From Calditrichia bacterium (GTDB lineage Bacteria; Calditrichota; Calditrichia; JAJRVZ01), in assembly GCA_963777955.1 (NCBI GenBank), contig CAVZSQ010000013.1, positions 224,001 to 288,000 of the forward strand: a stretch of 64,000 nucleotides of DNA, given 5' to 3'. Below the pieces are notes generated by a model. That model searched no databases. It worked only from the letters and a program-made list of their open reading frames with translations, and was not told the DNA's origin. Positions 63,490 through 64,000 of the stretch are shown here, in pieces (position 1 is the stretch's first letter; every line of letters starts with the position of its first letter). A program made the translations under genes and the position numbers.

Positions 63490-63999
63490 CTATTTGATAA
63501 TTAATAATTTTTTAATTTGCCGGAGATCCTTTCCATTCAGCTGGATAAAGTAAAATCCAGTACTATAGTGATCCCCCAGTATCTCCGGCAAATTCAGAAC
63601 AAATTCATAATTTTTATGGTAAGGAAAAATTCGCGATGTATATAACTTTTGTCCCAGGATATTGAACACGGCTAGCGTGATCAGCTGTGGTTCAGGAATG
63701 GTCAGATTGACCTTAAGTTGATTGTTTCCTCTAGCCAGGTAAACCGGATTAGGAGAAAAGTCAAACCGGTTATCAGATATGTCATTTACCGGTGTATTAC
63801 TCCTGATTACGGTCATTCCGGGCAAAATATCTTCCAGCCGCCCGCTGATGCGGACGTCATCAATTCGGCCTTTAAATGGCTTGGACAACGCAGTACCGGC
63901 ACTATACCAGCCACCGATAGCCAGGGGGTGATTATTAGTTATTAAATTGTGATTAAAGATCAGCGAATCGGCAGTGCAGCGGTAGCTGCAGCTGTCGGC
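63490..63999 (-). CDS. 3' end of a secreted protein: LamG-like jellyroll end plus T9SS-type C-terminal sorting domain (partial)
   Basis: Frame open to right edge; LAIGG...FKGRIDDVRIS; SPNP, VFNILGQK, STGFYFIQL, KKLLIIK. Confidence 0.8.
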   Translation of the reverse strand, partial: ADSCSYRCTADSLIFNHNLITNNHPLAIGGWYSAGTALSKPFKGRIDDVRISGRLEDILPGMTVIRSNTPVNDISDNRFDFSPNPVYLARGNNQLKVNLTIPEPQLITLAVFNILGQKLYTSRIFPYHKNYEFVLNLPEILGDHYSTGFYFIQLNGKDLRQIKKLLIIK

Positions 64000-64000
64000 A

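Noticed and set aside
1726..63945. Many short opposite-strand or alternate-frame ORFs (e.g. 25539-26222, 27968-28675, 48853-49443, 51289-52146)
   Set aside because: Fully overlap well-supported genes and show no recognisable motifs

Overview
Bacterial chromosomal segment of moderate GC. A T9SS-type C-terminal sorting domain, many lipoproteins, sigma70-type promoters and Shine-Dalgarno sites suggest an FCB-related lineage such as Calditrichota (inference only). The left ~27 kb is mostly housekeeping: partial tuf with a Thr-Gly-Thr tRNA cluster lacking the usual tRNA-Tyr, rpsT, tig-clpP-clpX, addB and addA separated by two exported-protein genes, metH plus saccharopine dehydrogenase, an Ala/Gly symporter, uvrB, and a putative ECF-controlled pair of envelope genes. 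Next is a cNMP-binding-domain/phosphofructokinase fusion that converges on a ~30 kb co-oriented carbohydrate-utilisation cluster (29.1-59.3 kb, minus strand). The cluster encodes six unassignable exported glycoside-hydrolase-like proteins, a GH36 enzyme, a deacetylase-like protein, a Tat oxidoreductase, exported amidase-type enzymes, a GatZ/KbaZ-DMT-HAD-PfkB module, and an SSS transporter with an unannotated 40-aa partner, a GlmU-N-like nucleotidyltransferase and a GHMP kinase. It is the best candidate for an undescribed system; my hypothesis is breakdown and salvage of an alpha-Gal/GalN(Ac)-type glycan. Many genes carry single-base frameshifts, most likely consensus errors. No CRISPR array, rRNA, transposase or prophage was seen.
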